Positions 9,462 through 19,651 of a DNA stretch of 64,000 nt are shown in pieces. A model generated the notes under the pieces. That model was not told the origin of the DNA, ran no database searches, and worked only from the letters and a program-made list of their open reading frames with translations. The stretch spans positions 4,190 through 68,189 of the forward strand of contig JAQUOE010000005.1 in the NCBI GenBank assembly GCA_028717265.1. Reading direction: 5' to 3'. The position numbers and the translations under genes are program-made. How positions within the stretch are numbered: the first letter of the stretch is position 1; each line of letters starts with the position of its first letter. Source of the stretch: Actinomycetota bacterium (GTDB taxonomy: Bacteria; Actinomycetota; Humimicrobiia; Humimicrobiales; Humimicrobiaceae).

Positions 9462-11300
9462 TTAATTTCCTATAAACAAAATAACACTGGAAACAGGAGA
9501 AATATAGCTTTCGGCTTCAGGATTCTGGCCCAGGACCATCCCAATCTGTATCGAATAATCTGTATTTATATAACTTATTTCATAATTGATATTAACAGAA
9601 TCGAGTATACCGGCGGCCTGCTCGAGGCTGAAACGCATAAGATCGGGAACACGTACAAGATCTTCATTCGTAGAAATTACCAGTTCGACCATACTGTTTG
9701 ACTGCACTTCAGATCCGGGGGATGGAATCACATTTATAATCTTGCCGGGTCCTTTTATAGTACTCGTTTCAGTTATAGGAGCTTTGCTGCTTTTTACTAA
9801 GAGACCAAGAGACTCAAGGTAATTCGAAGCTTCTATAAAATCACGGCCAATGATATTAGGTATAAGAATAATCTCTTCACCCCTGCTGACTATCAGATTC
9901 ACGGATTCGCCTGACTCAATTTTTTCATTGAACTCCGGATCCTGGCTTATGATGAAATTTTCTTTAAAAAAATTTGAATATTCCCGGGAAATGTTACCCT
10001 GTGTGATTCCATAATCTTCCAGTACCTGCAGGGCTTCTTCCTGACTCAGACCGATCAGGTTAGGAACAAGAATATGAGTGACTTCAGGACCTTTGCTTAC
10101 AGTTACCTCGATATCACTTCCAACGGGGATGCTTTTTCCTGATTCAGGAGTCTGCTCTATAATAAATCCTTCGGGAATTTCGGAATGATATATTTCATCT
10201 TTTATAACCATGTTCAGGTCAAAAAGTGAGAGTAAGATTTCCGCATTTTCTACCGGGATATTTTCTACAGCGGGGACCGGTGCCATGGAGCTGGAAGAAG
10301 TTTCCTCGTAGTATTTGGAACTATAGATTATAAAAAGAGTCATGAATGTCAAAATAAAAATCGACATTACGACAGGTATGATAATATTTACTTTATTTAG
10401 CCGTATCTTTTCCGCAAATGCACCGGCTTTGTTTTGTTTTCCTTTCTTGATGGCGAAACCCAGAGGCCTGTCGGTTCCGTATTTTTGCAAATCTCCTATA
10501 AGCTCTCTAATATTCGGATAACGGTTCGCAGGATCTTTCTCCAGACAATGCATTATGATTTTTTCCAGTTTTTCAGGAATGTTTTCGATTAACTCCGATG
10601 GTCTTAAAGGTTTCTCATATATGTGTTTGAGGCTGATGTCAATGGAGCTGCCGCCCCTGAAAGGAACATCTGCGGTCAGCATCTCGTATAGTACTATTCC
10701 CATTGAATAAATATCGGTGCGGTGGTCCAGAATTTCTCCTCTGGCCTGTTCGGGTGAAATATAGTGGGCCGTTCCCATTATATTCAATGTCTTGGTGATA
10801 TCGGTAGAGAGAGATTTCGCAATACCGAAATCGGTTACTTTGACCTCGCCTTCCGTGGTTACCAGTATGTTCAGGGGTTTTATATCCCTGTGTATAAGAT
10901 TACTTTTATGAGCCATCAGCAGTGCACCTGCAATTTGTATTGCGTAATCGACGACTGTTTCGGGAGGAAGCGGGCCTTTTTTCTCTATGATTTCTTTTAA
11001 ATTTTCTCCTTCGATATATTCCATGCAGATAAAATAGGAACTGTCGAATTCTCCCCAGTCATAGATCTGGACAATATTCGGGTGATTGAGCTTTGCCAGG
11101 ATCTGCGCCTCGCTCTTGAATCTTGCTACAAAGTTTTTATCTGCTGCATAATTTGCAGCCAGTATTTTTACGGCAACTCTCCTATTTAGCTTCAAATCAT
11201 CTCCCAGGAAGACATCAGCCATTCCACCTGAGGCTATTTTTTTTATTATCCGGTATCTTTTTGAGATCAATTTATTTTTTTTAAAATCATTTTCAGGCAT
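9462..11300 (-). CDS. PASTA-domain Ser/Thr protein kinase (PknB/PrkC-like)
   Basis: Hanks kinase motifs (VAVKIL, HRDIKPLNIL, DFGIA, GTAHYISPE), one TM segment, and three C-terminal PASTA-like repeats. Confidence 0.85.
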   Translation of the reverse strand: MPENDFKKNKLISKRYRIIKKIASGGMADVFLGDDLKLNRRVAVKILAANYAADKNFVARFKSEAQILAKLNHPNIVQIYDWGEFDSSYFICMEYIEGENLKEIIEKKGPLPPETVVDYAIQIAGALLMAHKSNLIHRDIKPLNILVTTEGEVKVTDFGIAKSLSTDITKTLNIMGTAHYISPEQARGEILDHRTDIYSMGIVLYEMLTADVPFRGGSSIDISLKHIYEKPLRPSELIENIPEKLEKIIMHCLEKDPANRYPNIRELIGDLQKYGTDRPLGFAIKKGKQNKAGAFAEKIRLNKVNIIIPVVMSIFILTFMTLFIIYSSKYYEETSSSSMAPVPAVENIPVENAEILLSLFDLNMVIKDEIYHSEIPEGFIIEQTPESGKSIPVGSDIEVTVSKGPEVTHILVPNLIGLSQEEALQVLEDYGITQGNISREYSNFFKENFIISQDPEFNEKIESGESVNLIVSRGEEIILIPNIIGRDFIEASNYLESLGLLVKSSKAPITETSTIKGPGKIINVIPSPGSEVQSNSMVELVISTNEDLVRVPDLMRFSLEQAAGILDSVNINYEISYINTDYSIQIGMVLGQNPEAESYISPVSSVILFIGN

Positions 11301-11302
11301 AA

Positions 11303-12052
11303 TTATTTTTTAATGACTATTACCGTTATATTATCCTGGCCGCCCTTATTTATGGCGCCTTTTATGAGATTTTTTGTAATATCCCCGGCATTTTTATATT
11401 TATTGATGATGTTTGAGATCTCTATATCTTTCAACATAGAATTAAGGCCATCGGAACATATTAGTATAATGTCTTTCTTAAAGATTTTATGCGAGCTTAA
11501 GTCCGGATCAATATCTTCTGCAACGCCAAGGACCCTGGTGAGGTAATTTCTCTGAGGATGATCGAAAGTTTCGTCATAACTCATTTCGCCTCTTCTAAAC
11601 AGTTCGCCCACTATGGTGTGATCGGAAGTCAGGAGGTTGATTTCATCTCCTCTTTTTATATACAATCTGCTGTCGCCAACATGGATTATATATGCTTTTT
11701 GCCCATGGATAAAACATCCTGTAAAGGTAGTTCCCATACCGTAATATTCGGATTTCGATACAGCAGTATCAAAGACTTCTTTATTCGCGGTCCTGATGCT
11801 TCTCAGGAGCAGTTCTTCTATCTTATGAGGAGTTAAACCATCATTTTTAGCAGAAGAGGCTTTTTCTATTTTATCTTTCAGGCTCCTATCGAAATTCTTT
11901 GTAAAAACTTCAACGGCAATTCTGCTTGCAACTTCTCCGGCGTTATGTCCTCCCATTCCGTCGGCAACGATAAACAGATTATCTCCGGCGTAAAAAAAAT
12001 CCTCATTTTTTTTTCTGACTTTTCCAATATTCGTATCTGCAAAATATTCCAT
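11303..12052 (-). CDS. PP2C-family Ser/Thr phosphatase (Stp-like)
   Basis: ADGMGGHNAGEVAS, HVGDSRLY and CSDGLNSML PP2C motifs. 4-nt overlap with the downstream kinase, the classic stp-pknB arrangement. Confidence 0.8.
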   Translation of the reverse strand: MEYFADTNIGKVRKKNEDFFYAGDNLFIVADGMGGHNAGEVASRIAVEVFTKNFDRSLKDKIEKASSAKNDGLTPHKIEELLLRSIRTANKEVFDTAVSKSEYYGMGTTFTGCFIHGQKAYIIHVGDSRLYIKRGDEINLLTSDHTIVGELFRRGEMSYDETFDHPQRNYLTRVLGVAEDIDPDLSSHKIFKKDIILICSDGLNSMLKDIEISNIINKYKNAGDITKNLIKGAINKGGQDNITVIVIKK

Positions 12053-12246
12053 GTGTATTATTATATGTTATAATCTGCCATTAATAAAATTGTACATTTT
12101 GGAAAAATATATGGCACATAATCAATGATTTAAATTAGACTGTAAATAATAAATAAGGGCCGGACAGCGAAAAAAACTTGTATTATAAATATAAATAAAT
12201 GTTAGAATAAAATTAATTAAATCCGACAAAGCAGGGTGGAAATCTG

Positions 12247-13473
12247 TTGAATATTTATGAAGAGTCGCTTGAAATGCATAAGAGAAGTGCAGGCAAGATC
12301 GATGTAATAAGCAAGGTCGGGACAGCGGATGAACATGATCTGGCTCTTGCTTATTCTCCCGGAGTTGCGGAACCAAGCCGGGTAATTGCCGCAAATCCCG
12401 GGGAGTTAAATACCTATACTGCCAGGGGCAATATGATTGCGGTGGTATCCGACGGTTCAGCGGTTCTGGGTCTCGGGAACATAGGAGCAAGAGCGGCGCT
12501 TCCGGTAATGGAAGGAAAATGTGTCCTGTTCAAACAATTCGGGGGAGTATCGGCATTTCCTCTATGTATAGACAGTCAGGATAACGAAGTAATAATAAAC
12601 ACCATAAAAATACTGGAGCCGTCTTTTTCCGGAATAAACCTGGAAGATATCGCGGCGCCCGGATGCTTTGAGATAGAGGGAAGGTTAAAAAAGGAAACCG
12701 GCATGCTTATCTTTCACGATGACCAGCACGGAACCGCCATTGTAACCACGGCCGGTCTTTTTAATGCCCTGAAGATTTATGGAAAAAATATAACCGGAAT
12801 AAAAATAGTCATTAACGGAGCGGGTGCGGCCGGCACTTCAATTGTGAATTTATTAAAATACATTGGTGCGACCGATATGATCGTATGCGACAGAAGAGGC
12901 ATAATAAGCAGGGAGAGGAAGGACTTAAATAAATTCAAACAAAAAATTGCAGAATCCACCAACCCGGATAATATAACGGGGGATCTGTCCGGTGCGCTTG
13001 AAGATGCCGACGTATTTATCGGAGTATCGGCAGCAAATGTCCTGACCGCGGAAATGATAAAAAAGATGAGAAAAGAACCTGTAATATTTGCGCTGGCAAA
13101 CCCGGAACCTGAAATAAAACCCGAACTTGCCCGGGAATGCGGCGTTAAAATCATAGCAACCGGCAGGAGCGATTACCCAAATCAGGTAAATAACGTACTG
13201 GCGTTTCCCGGGATATTCCGGGGTTCTCTTGATGCAAAGGCGATAGAGATAAATATGGAAATGAAGCTTGCGGCAGCGAAAGCAATTTCCGGAATTGTAA
13301 AAAATGACCTCAGGGAAGACTATATAATTCCCAAACCTTTTGATAAAAGGATCCTTCCTGCTGTCGCAGTAAGCGTGGCAAAAGCTGCCTTTGAGACAGA
13401 TAATACCCATGGCAGTATAGACCTGGAATTCATAGAAAGAAAGTCCAGGTATATTGCAGAGAAAATGCTTTAG
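12247..13473 (+). CDS. NAD(P)-dependent malic enzyme (short form)
   Basis: LALAYSPGVAEP..., GAGAAG NAD-binding loop, FANPEPE and NNVLAFPGIFRG motifs. Apparent TTG start. Confidence 0.85.
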   Translation: MNIYEESLEMHKRSAGKIDVISKVGTADEHDLALAYSPGVAEPSRVIAANPGELNTYTARGNMIAVVSDGSAVLGLGNIGARAALPVMEGKCVLFKQFGGVSAFPLCIDSQDNEVIINTIKILEPSFSGINLEDIAAPGCFEIEGRLKKETGMLIFHDDQHGTAIVTTAGLFNALKIYGKNITGIKIVINGAGAAGTSIVNLLKYIGATDMIVCDRRGIISRERKDLNKFKQKIAESTNPDNITGDLSGALEDADVFIGVSAANVLTAEMIKKMRKEPVIFALANPEPEIKPELARECGVKIIATGRSDYPNQVNNVLAFPGIFRGSLDAKAIEINMEMKLAAAKAISGIVKNDLREDYIIPKPFDKRILPAVAVSVAKAAFETDNTHGSIDLEFIERKSRYIAEKML

Positions 13474-13528
13474 GAAAACGGGTGTATAACGAATATATAT
13501 CACATATATTTGAAGGAGGCATTTTAGT

Positions 13529-14548
13529 ATGAAAGCAGCAGTTATTGAAAAACCCGGGAAGATCTCTATTAAAGAAATACCATATCCAAAACCGGGAAGT
13601 GATGAGGTTGTTATCCAGGTAAAGAATTGCGGTATTTGCGGTACGGATTTTCATATCTATAATGGTGATTATTTAGGTTCTTATCCAATTGTCCCCGGGC
13701 ACGAAATTTCCGGTATAGTTGTCGAGGTGGGTCCGGATGTTCCCGGATTAAAAATAGGAAACAGGGTTACAGCTGATCCGAATATCTATTGTGGTGCATG
13801 CTATTTTTGCAGGACCAATCGCCCCAATCACTGTCAAAACTGGCAGGCACTGGGTGTTACCAGAAATGGCGGTTTTGCCGAATATATTGCCGTGACTTAT
13901 AAGAATGTTTATAAGATTCCGGATAATATGTCTTTTCTGGATGCTGCTTTCATAGAACCGGTATCCTGCATAGTTTATGGCTTGAGAAGATTAAAAATAA
14001 TTAGTGGTGACAACGTGTTGATATTTGGAGCCGGTCCCATCGGAATGCAAATGGCGCAGTTGGTCCAACACGGCAATGCAGCATCTGTCACTATAACGGA
14101 TTTAAATCAGGCTCGTTTGAAATTAGCAAAAAAATTAGGTATAAGCAAAACGGTACTGTCGGATGATAAGCTGTCTCAAACTCTGAAACGTATTGCACCG
14201 CTTGGATTCGATGTGGTAATAGATGCGACAGGTGTGGCTAAGGTGGCCGAGATGGCTGTTAACTTCGTTAAAAACACCGGAAAAATTATGTTTTTCGGTG
14301 TTTGCCCGCCGGAAGATAAGGTTATGATCAGCCCGTTTGAAATCTACAAGCGTGATCTTGAAATCTATGGTTCTTATGCATTATGCTATACATTTTATCC
14401 TGCACTTGATCTTATTAATAACGGGGCATTGGATGTGAAATCAATTGTTTCCAATCGTGTTAGCCTTAAGGATTTGCCAATGGTATTTAAATCAAAGAAA
14501 TTTAAAAATGATAGCATGAAGATAATGTTGGAGATTCGGATTTATTAA
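13529..14548 (+). CDS. zinc-dependent medium-chain alcohol/polyol dehydrogenase (MDR)
   Basis: GICGTDFHIY, GHEISG and CGACYFC structural-zinc motifs, GAGPIGM Rossmann. Strong RBS. Confidence 0.8.
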   Translation: MKAAVIEKPGKISIKEIPYPKPGSDEVVIQVKNCGICGTDFHIYNGDYLGSYPIVPGHEISGIVVEVGPDVPGLKIGNRVTADPNIYCGACYFCRTNRPNHCQNWQALGVTRNGGFAEYIAVTYKNVYKIPDNMSFLDAAFIEPVSCIVYGLRRLKIISGDNVLIFGAGPIGMQMAQLVQHGNAASVTITDLNQARLKLAKKLGISKTVLSDDKLSQTLKRIAPLGFDVVIDATGVAKVAEMAVNFVKNTGKIMFFGVCPPEDKVMISPFEIYKRDLEIYGSYALCYTFYPALDLINNGALDVKSIVSNRVSLKDLPMVFKSKKFKNDSMKIMLEIRIY

Positions 14549-14648
14549 ATGAAAGGAAAAAAATAAAAGCTTATAACGGAAAAAATTGATATGACATACT
14601 GCTTATATATTATAATTTTGTAAAATAAAACAGAAAGGAAATAATGCG

Positions 14649-15130
14649 ATGATTACGAATATGCAAGGCATAGGTGCCAGGTTTGATATCGGAAAAGTAG
14701 GCAGCGGATACGATACTACGGATTCACTTGCTGGAAGATTTTCTGGCAGGCAATTAATCCGGAAGAGATTGGTATTGCGTTCCTATATGAAGGAGACACT
14801 GCTGCTACTTTAAACGGTCGAGAGAATGTCTTCTGCATTGCTGTCCAAAGTCCGGACAGTGGCGTAATCGCAAAGATAAAGGAAGCATTAACTCGAAGTG
14901 AGGCGTTTAAACAAGTCTGTGCGGCTCCTATGTTTTTTGGAGGCTCATCCTGTACGGTAGAACCACTGCTTGATGCCGGTGAAATTGATACTGCGGGAAA
15001 CCTTGTTGGTGATGCTGGTGCGTCTCGTTCTGCTCCTGGTGCAGTAAAGAAAGAGCATACGGCAGAGATGGATAAAGCAGGGGATACTAAGATCCCTGGA
15101 AGGAACAAGCCAGCTTCAAAACATTACTGA
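14649..15130 (+). pseudogene. frameshifted gene fragment of unknown function, compositionally atypical (GC-richer)
   Basis: Two consecutive reading frames (MITNMQGIGARFDIGK... then ...IGIAFLYEGDTAATLNGRENVFCIAVQSPD...KHY*) read through the same stretch. It is visibly GC-richer than its flanks and has an Ala/Gly/Asp-rich tail. Confidence 0.3.
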
Positions 15131-15422
15131 TACTATATAGAAGAAAATTTTTGATGTATTTAAATTTGACTATGGTCCTAAGAAGATAACTTAGAAGAAA
15201 TATATTTCATTTGACTTTTTATTTCTGTAAAATTTTATTTATAAATCTTTATTAAATGTTTTTCTTATCATGAAATCTGGATATTTTAAAAGAGCGCAAA
15301 GCATGATTTTTTGTTATAACTAAGAAACTTATTTAAACGAAAGGAAAATAAATATTATCTAAATATATCTTATCAGCAATGAAAAAAGCAAGATATGAAA
15401 TACTTAAAGATGATAATACCTT

Positions 15423-15890
15423 TTATGGAGAGATTCCTGGATTTGAAGGTATACTGTTTTTTACCCTATTTGATATATGAAATATTTTAATAATATCAAT
15501 ATTTTCTTTAATATCCTTAAGGATTTCTTCCTGTTCCTTATGGATATGGGAAACAAGAATAATCCTTCTTTTTATTACTCCATACTTACCAATACCCGGG
15601 TTAATGACTATAAGATTACAATATAGCGATTTCGCAATCCTTATAGTCTTATCAAAAATCCTGGAAAATAAATCAAGGTTGGAAAGGCTAAATTGTGAAA
15701 AGTGTATTGATGAAGCTTTAATATTGGTTTTCTTGAAAGGTTCAAGTATATCTTTTATATCAATTTTTAAGAATAATTCAGGATTACGAAAGGCAACTTC
15801 CACAAAGCCTAAATCTTTATAAACTCCAATAGCTTCAAACCAATTATATTTTCCAGTTTCAGGATAAGAAACTCGGACTGAGAATTTCAT
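15423..15890 (-). pseudogene. truncated xylose-isomerase-like TIM-barrel protein remnant
   Basis: 155-aa ORF resembles only the N-terminal half of a sugar-phosphate isomerase/epimerase TIM barrel. No continuation downstream. Confidence 0.35.
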
Positions 15891-16046
15891 GGTCTCCTTA
15901 AAATTCTGAAATCTTAATATATTAAAATTATTTTACTATCCTGTATATCCGCATACTCTTGAACCAGAATAAAAGTTTGAAAGTTCCAACTGTATGTGAT
16001 GTTTGCAATCGAATGGAGCAAATTTGGGCGAGGGCATCAGCCCGCA

Positions 16047-16651
16047 TTATCTACCAATGGTCTCACCATATTTTACCGTTATTTTCAGCGCAAGCCTTAT
16101 CATTTCACTTTCACCATATTTTCTGTGGTTATCTTTTTCCGATTCCTTCAAAAGGATATGACTTCCTTTCCCGGGGTTATCAGATGCAAATAAAATAGAT
16201 GCTCTTTTCATCCGAAAATGTCTTGCGACTGCAAATGTAGAAGCTGTTTCCATATCAACTGCTACGTATCCTTTATTGTACCAATTTTCAAGTTCCTTCT
16301 TTCCCTCTGCAAAAAGTGCAGAAGTAGTAAAAATCGGTCCATGTGTGCTACCAGTGAAGTTCACAAAACACCAAAAACATGGGTTATTTCGGAGGCTATT
16401 GGAGAACCATATACTGATGCGTATCCAATTGGGATGCCTTCAATATCTCTTATAAAGACATCTTCTGGCGCGCCGTTCGGTGATCCCACTTCAAAAATAT
16501 TTGAAAAGAAACTTTTATGCTTTGCATATTGTATCTTCAAATTTCTCGTTCCGCGAAGGAGCAAAACTTTTAGTATAAGCTTTTCTGAGATTCCTAACAT
16601 TGAAAGCCAATCGGATTTGCTTAATTCCTTTAACATCTTTATCTCTCTCAT
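16047..16651 (-). pseudogene. PNP_UDP_1-family nucleosidase/phosphorylase (MtnN/DeoD-like), frameshifted
   Basis: Two abutting ORFs (96 aa, then 105 aa with the VAVDMETAS...FASDNP signature) overlap by 4 nt. The combined length is still short of a normal family member. Confidence 0.5.
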
Positions 16652-16731
16652 TTCTCTAAATAAATAACAGATAATGTTTTAGAAGCGTAAAACTCCAATG
16701 ACAAAATAAATATCCAAAATAAATATCCATA

Positions 16732-16771
16732 TTGACAATCATAAAAAAAAGTTGTATTTTATTATTGTCAA
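16732..16771. promoter_or_regulatory. inverted repeat TTGACAAT-N24-ATTGTCAA upstream of cyclase gene (candidate operator)
   Basis: Seen directly. Also a tandem AAATAAATATCCA x2 immediately upstream. Confidence 0.25.
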
Positions 16772-16810
16772 ATAGCATTTAGCATTATCAAACTTTTTTA
16801 TATTATCTAA

Positions 16811-17479
16811 ATGTATAAATTATTGAGTTATTATGTAAAGACAAATAACCCTAAATATCCCGGTCACCCGGGTAATGAGTTTGAAAGTGTATTGAAAATA
16901 GAAAAAGGGAATATTTGTAATTCAACAAGAATAAAACTATTTACTCATAACGATACGCATATTGATTCGCCATATCATTACAATACAAATGGCATAAAAG
17001 TCCATGAAATTAGCCCCGATAATTTTTTCTATAACAAAGTAGCAGTTGCAAACCTGGAAGGTAAAATTGGTAAAGAAATTACTATTTCTGATGTGGGAAA
17101 AATATCAGATGATGCTGATATGCTAATGATCCATACAGGCATTTCCAGATATTGGATTAATTCTCCCGAGGAATATGTTGCAAAAGAAAATCAACCCTGG
17201 ATATCAAGGGAACTTACAGATTATTTGATAAGGGAGAGCAATATAAAGGGCATAAGTGTCGATTTTATGAGCGTCGATAATATAGATGATATCGAAAATA
17301 AAGATCCTTTCGTACATCGGGTTTTTTTAGGTATGAATGATTTATCGAAAATCATTTTTATTTATGAAAATGTCAATATTAAAACAATATTGAATGAGAG
17401 TGTAAAAAAGATATATGCGTTCCCGCTGTTACTTTATGGATTAGATGGTGCGCCTGTTACTATGGTAGCTGAAATTTAA
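16811..17479 (+). CDS. cyclase-family protein (kynurenine-formamidase-like metal hydrolase), paralogue 1
   Basis: YPGHPG...HNDTHIDSPYH matches the HxGTHxDxPxH metal-binding motif of the PF04199 'putative cyclase' family. Confidence 0.75.
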   Translation: MYKLLSYYVKTNNPKYPGHPGNEFESVLKIEKGNICNSTRIKLFTHNDTHIDSPYHYNTNGIKVHEISPDNFFYNKVAVANLEGKIGKEITISDVGKISDDADMLMIHTGISRYWINSPEEYVAKENQPWISRELTDYLIRESNIKGISVDFMSVDNIDDIENKDPFVHRVFLGMNDLSKIIFIYENVNIKTILNESVKKIYAFPLLLYGLDGAPVTMVAEI

Positions 17480-17516
17480 TGTGTTACTAATTAAAAACGA
17501 TTATTTTATTTAAAGA

Positions 17517-18764
17517 ATGAAAAGTATTAAATTACCGCAAGGCGGAATATTCGATAAAAAAGACATAAAGCTTGATTTCCCAAAAAACTGGGATGTGGAG
17601 GTTTGCGATTCTCCTGCAAATAAAATGAAGGCCATTACTTCAAAAAAAATGTCTGATTTAATTAATAGTCCGGTTGGGTCCAGGACTATCAGAGAAGCTG
17701 CCCGTGATAAAAGTAAAGTGGTACTAATTATCGAAGATATCAGCCGTGGTACCAGGATAGATAAAGTTATCAAATTTATTCTTAAAGAGTTGATTTCAAC
17801 AGGCATAAGAGAAGATGAAATTGAAATAATTTGTGCCGTCGGGGCCCATGGTGCGCATGATCGTATAGATTTCGTTAAAAAGTTAGGTAAGGAAGTAGTA
17901 GAAAAATTTCCTGTTTATAATCACAATCCTTTTTTTAATTGTAAATATATAGGAAAAACAAGTAGAGGAACAAGAGTTCTGATAAATCCCGAGGTTCTGG
18001 AATGTGATTTAAAAATATCTGTCGGTACCATTGTTCCGCACCCTTTATTCGGATTTAGCGGAGGAGGAAAAATAATCCTTCCGGGCATATCGTCCATAGA
18101 AACCATATACAGCAATCATATATTAGAATCAGATTCCTTAAAAGGGATAAAGGGAAATTTTGTTGATGGATTGGGAAGAATTGAAAATAATGTAATGCAG
18201 AGAGAAATGGAAGAAGTATGTGAAATGGTCGGGATTGATTTTCTGGTCAACGCACTCGTGGATTATAATGGTGAAATCGTTGATCTGGTAGCCGGTCATC
18301 CTATTTATGCACATAAGGAAGGAGTTAAAAAAGCGAAGGAGATTTATGGCACAAGTTATAAATCAAAAGCAGATTTAGTTATAGCTAATGCTAATTTTAA
18401 AATCAATGAAGCGAATATAGCTCTGGCATTTGGAAAAAAGAGTCTGAAGAATAACGGAGATATTGTAATAATAAACCATTCAAGAATAGGCCAGGTTACA
18501 CATTATTTGTGTAGTGGGTTTGGATATAATTATGGAGGTAAATTCTGGAGTAAAGATAAAGGTAATACCACCAAAAATATAAATAAAGTAATTTTATTCA
18601 ATCCTTATATTAATAAAATAGATGAGGATTGGTTCGGAGGATTTGGAAAAGTCAAGTGGGCATCCGAATGGCAGGAAGTTATAAATTTATTGGATTATGA
18701 TTCTGATAATAACGTTTCGGTTAATTTATTTACAGATGCAACAATTCAATATTTCTTGAATTAA
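17517..18764 (+). CDS. LarA-family (lactate-racemase-like, DUF2088) protein, paralogue 1
   Basis: 415 aa. Conserved GTIVPHPLFGFSGGGKIILPG block (the GFSGGxK lysine region of LarA) and histidines in AVGAHGAHD. Confidence 0.7.
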   Translation: MKSIKLPQGGIFDKKDIKLDFPKNWDVEVCDSPANKMKAITSKKMSDLINSPVGSRTIREAARDKSKVVLIIEDISRGTRIDKVIKFILKELISTGIREDEIEIICAVGAHGAHDRIDFVKKLGKEVVEKFPVYNHNPFFNCKYIGKTSRGTRVLINPEVLECDLKISVGTIVPHPLFGFSGGGKIILPGISSIETIYSNHILESDSLKGIKGNFVDGLGRIENNVMQREMEEVCEMVGIDFLVNALVDYNGEIVDLVAGHPIYAHKEGVKKAKEIYGTSYKSKADLVIANANFKINEANIALAFGKKSLKNNGDIVIINHSRIGQVTHYLCSGFGYNYGGKFWSKDKGNTTKNINKVILFNPYINKIDEDWFGGFGKVKWASEWQEVINLLDYDSDNNVSVNLFTDATIQYFLN

Positions 18765-18826
18765 AAATTTAACCAATGTAGTTTTTAAAAACTATTTAAT
18801 TATAAAATATTATAGGAGAGTTTATT

Positions 18827-19585
18827 TTGGAATTTGATGAGAAAGTAATAGCCATAACAGGAGGAGGAACAGGAATAGGCAGAGCCATTGCCACCGGCTT
18901 TGCTAAAGAGGGTGCAAAAGTTATTATTTCCGGGAGACGGGAAAAACCTTTAAAGGAAATAAAATCCTTGATTGAAAAAATCAATAAAAATATTGAATAT
19001 ATGCAGGCTGACGTTAGTGATTCAGCTATGGTCGATAATTTTATTAATAAAGCAATTAAGCTTTATGGAAGTCTGGATGTCTTTATAAACAATGCAGCTG
19101 TAAGTATAGGTAAAAGCATAGTGGACACTACCGATGAAGATCTGGATTATGTGCTTTCGGTAAATTTGAAGGGTTATTTTTACGGAATGAGATCTGCTAT
19201 AAAAAAGTTTATAGAACTTAATAAAAAAGGCGTGATTATAAATATATCGTCGATTCTTGGACTGAAGGGTCATTTATACAGAGGTGCTTACTGTGCATCA
19301 AAAGCGGCAATAAATAATCTAACCAGATGTGCCGCCATGGAATATGCCGATAAGAATATAAGAATAAATGCAATATGCCCAGGAGTAATTGAAACAGATA
19401 TGGTCAAAACGCAGTGGGATTCACCGCCGGATCCTGTTAAAGAAATGTTAAAAGGCATACCAATGAATAGGATGGGAAGTTGTGATGAAGTCGCAAAATT
19501 GGTTTTGTTTCTTTCTTCAGAATCTTCTTCCTATATAACGGGTTCTGTTATCACGGTTGACGGAGGTTGGTCTGCAGGAAAATAA
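18827..19585 (+). CDS. SDR-family oxidoreductase
   Basis: ITGGGTGIGRAIA, NNAAV, YCASKAA motifs. TTG start with an aggag RBS. Confidence 0.85.
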   Translation: MEFDEKVIAITGGGTGIGRAIATGFAKEGAKVIISGRREKPLKEIKSLIEKINKNIEYMQADVSDSAMVDNFINKAIKLYGSLDVFINNAAVSIGKSIVDTTDEDLDYVLSVNLKGYFYGMRSAIKKFIELNKKGVIINISSILGLKGHLYRGAYCASKAAINNLTRCAAMEYADKNIRINAICPGVIETDMVKTQWDSPPDPVKEMLKGIPMNRMGSCDEVAKLVLFLSSESSSYITGSVITVDGGWSAGK

Positions 19586-19651
19586 TACTATTGGAAGATG
19601 AATATTTAAAAATTTAGAAATGATTATCAAACAAATTTATTATATGGTCCG

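Noticed and set aside
12122-12490. 122-aa minus-strand ORF across the malic-enzyme start region
   Set aside because: Overlaps the N-terminus of a strongly supported malic enzyme. Pro/Leu/Arg-rich with no motif.
14716-15108. 130-aa minus-strand ORF in the GC-richer patch
   Set aside because: Ala/Ser/Pro-rich low-complexity translation. The plus-strand frames carry the more protein-like sequence, so it is treated as a shadow of the plus-strand fragment.
16218-16667. 149-aa plus-strand ORF overlapping the PNP-family locus
   Set aside because: Antisense to the nucleosidase reading frames, which carry the recognisable VAVDMETAS motif. Cys/Lys-rich with no family signature.
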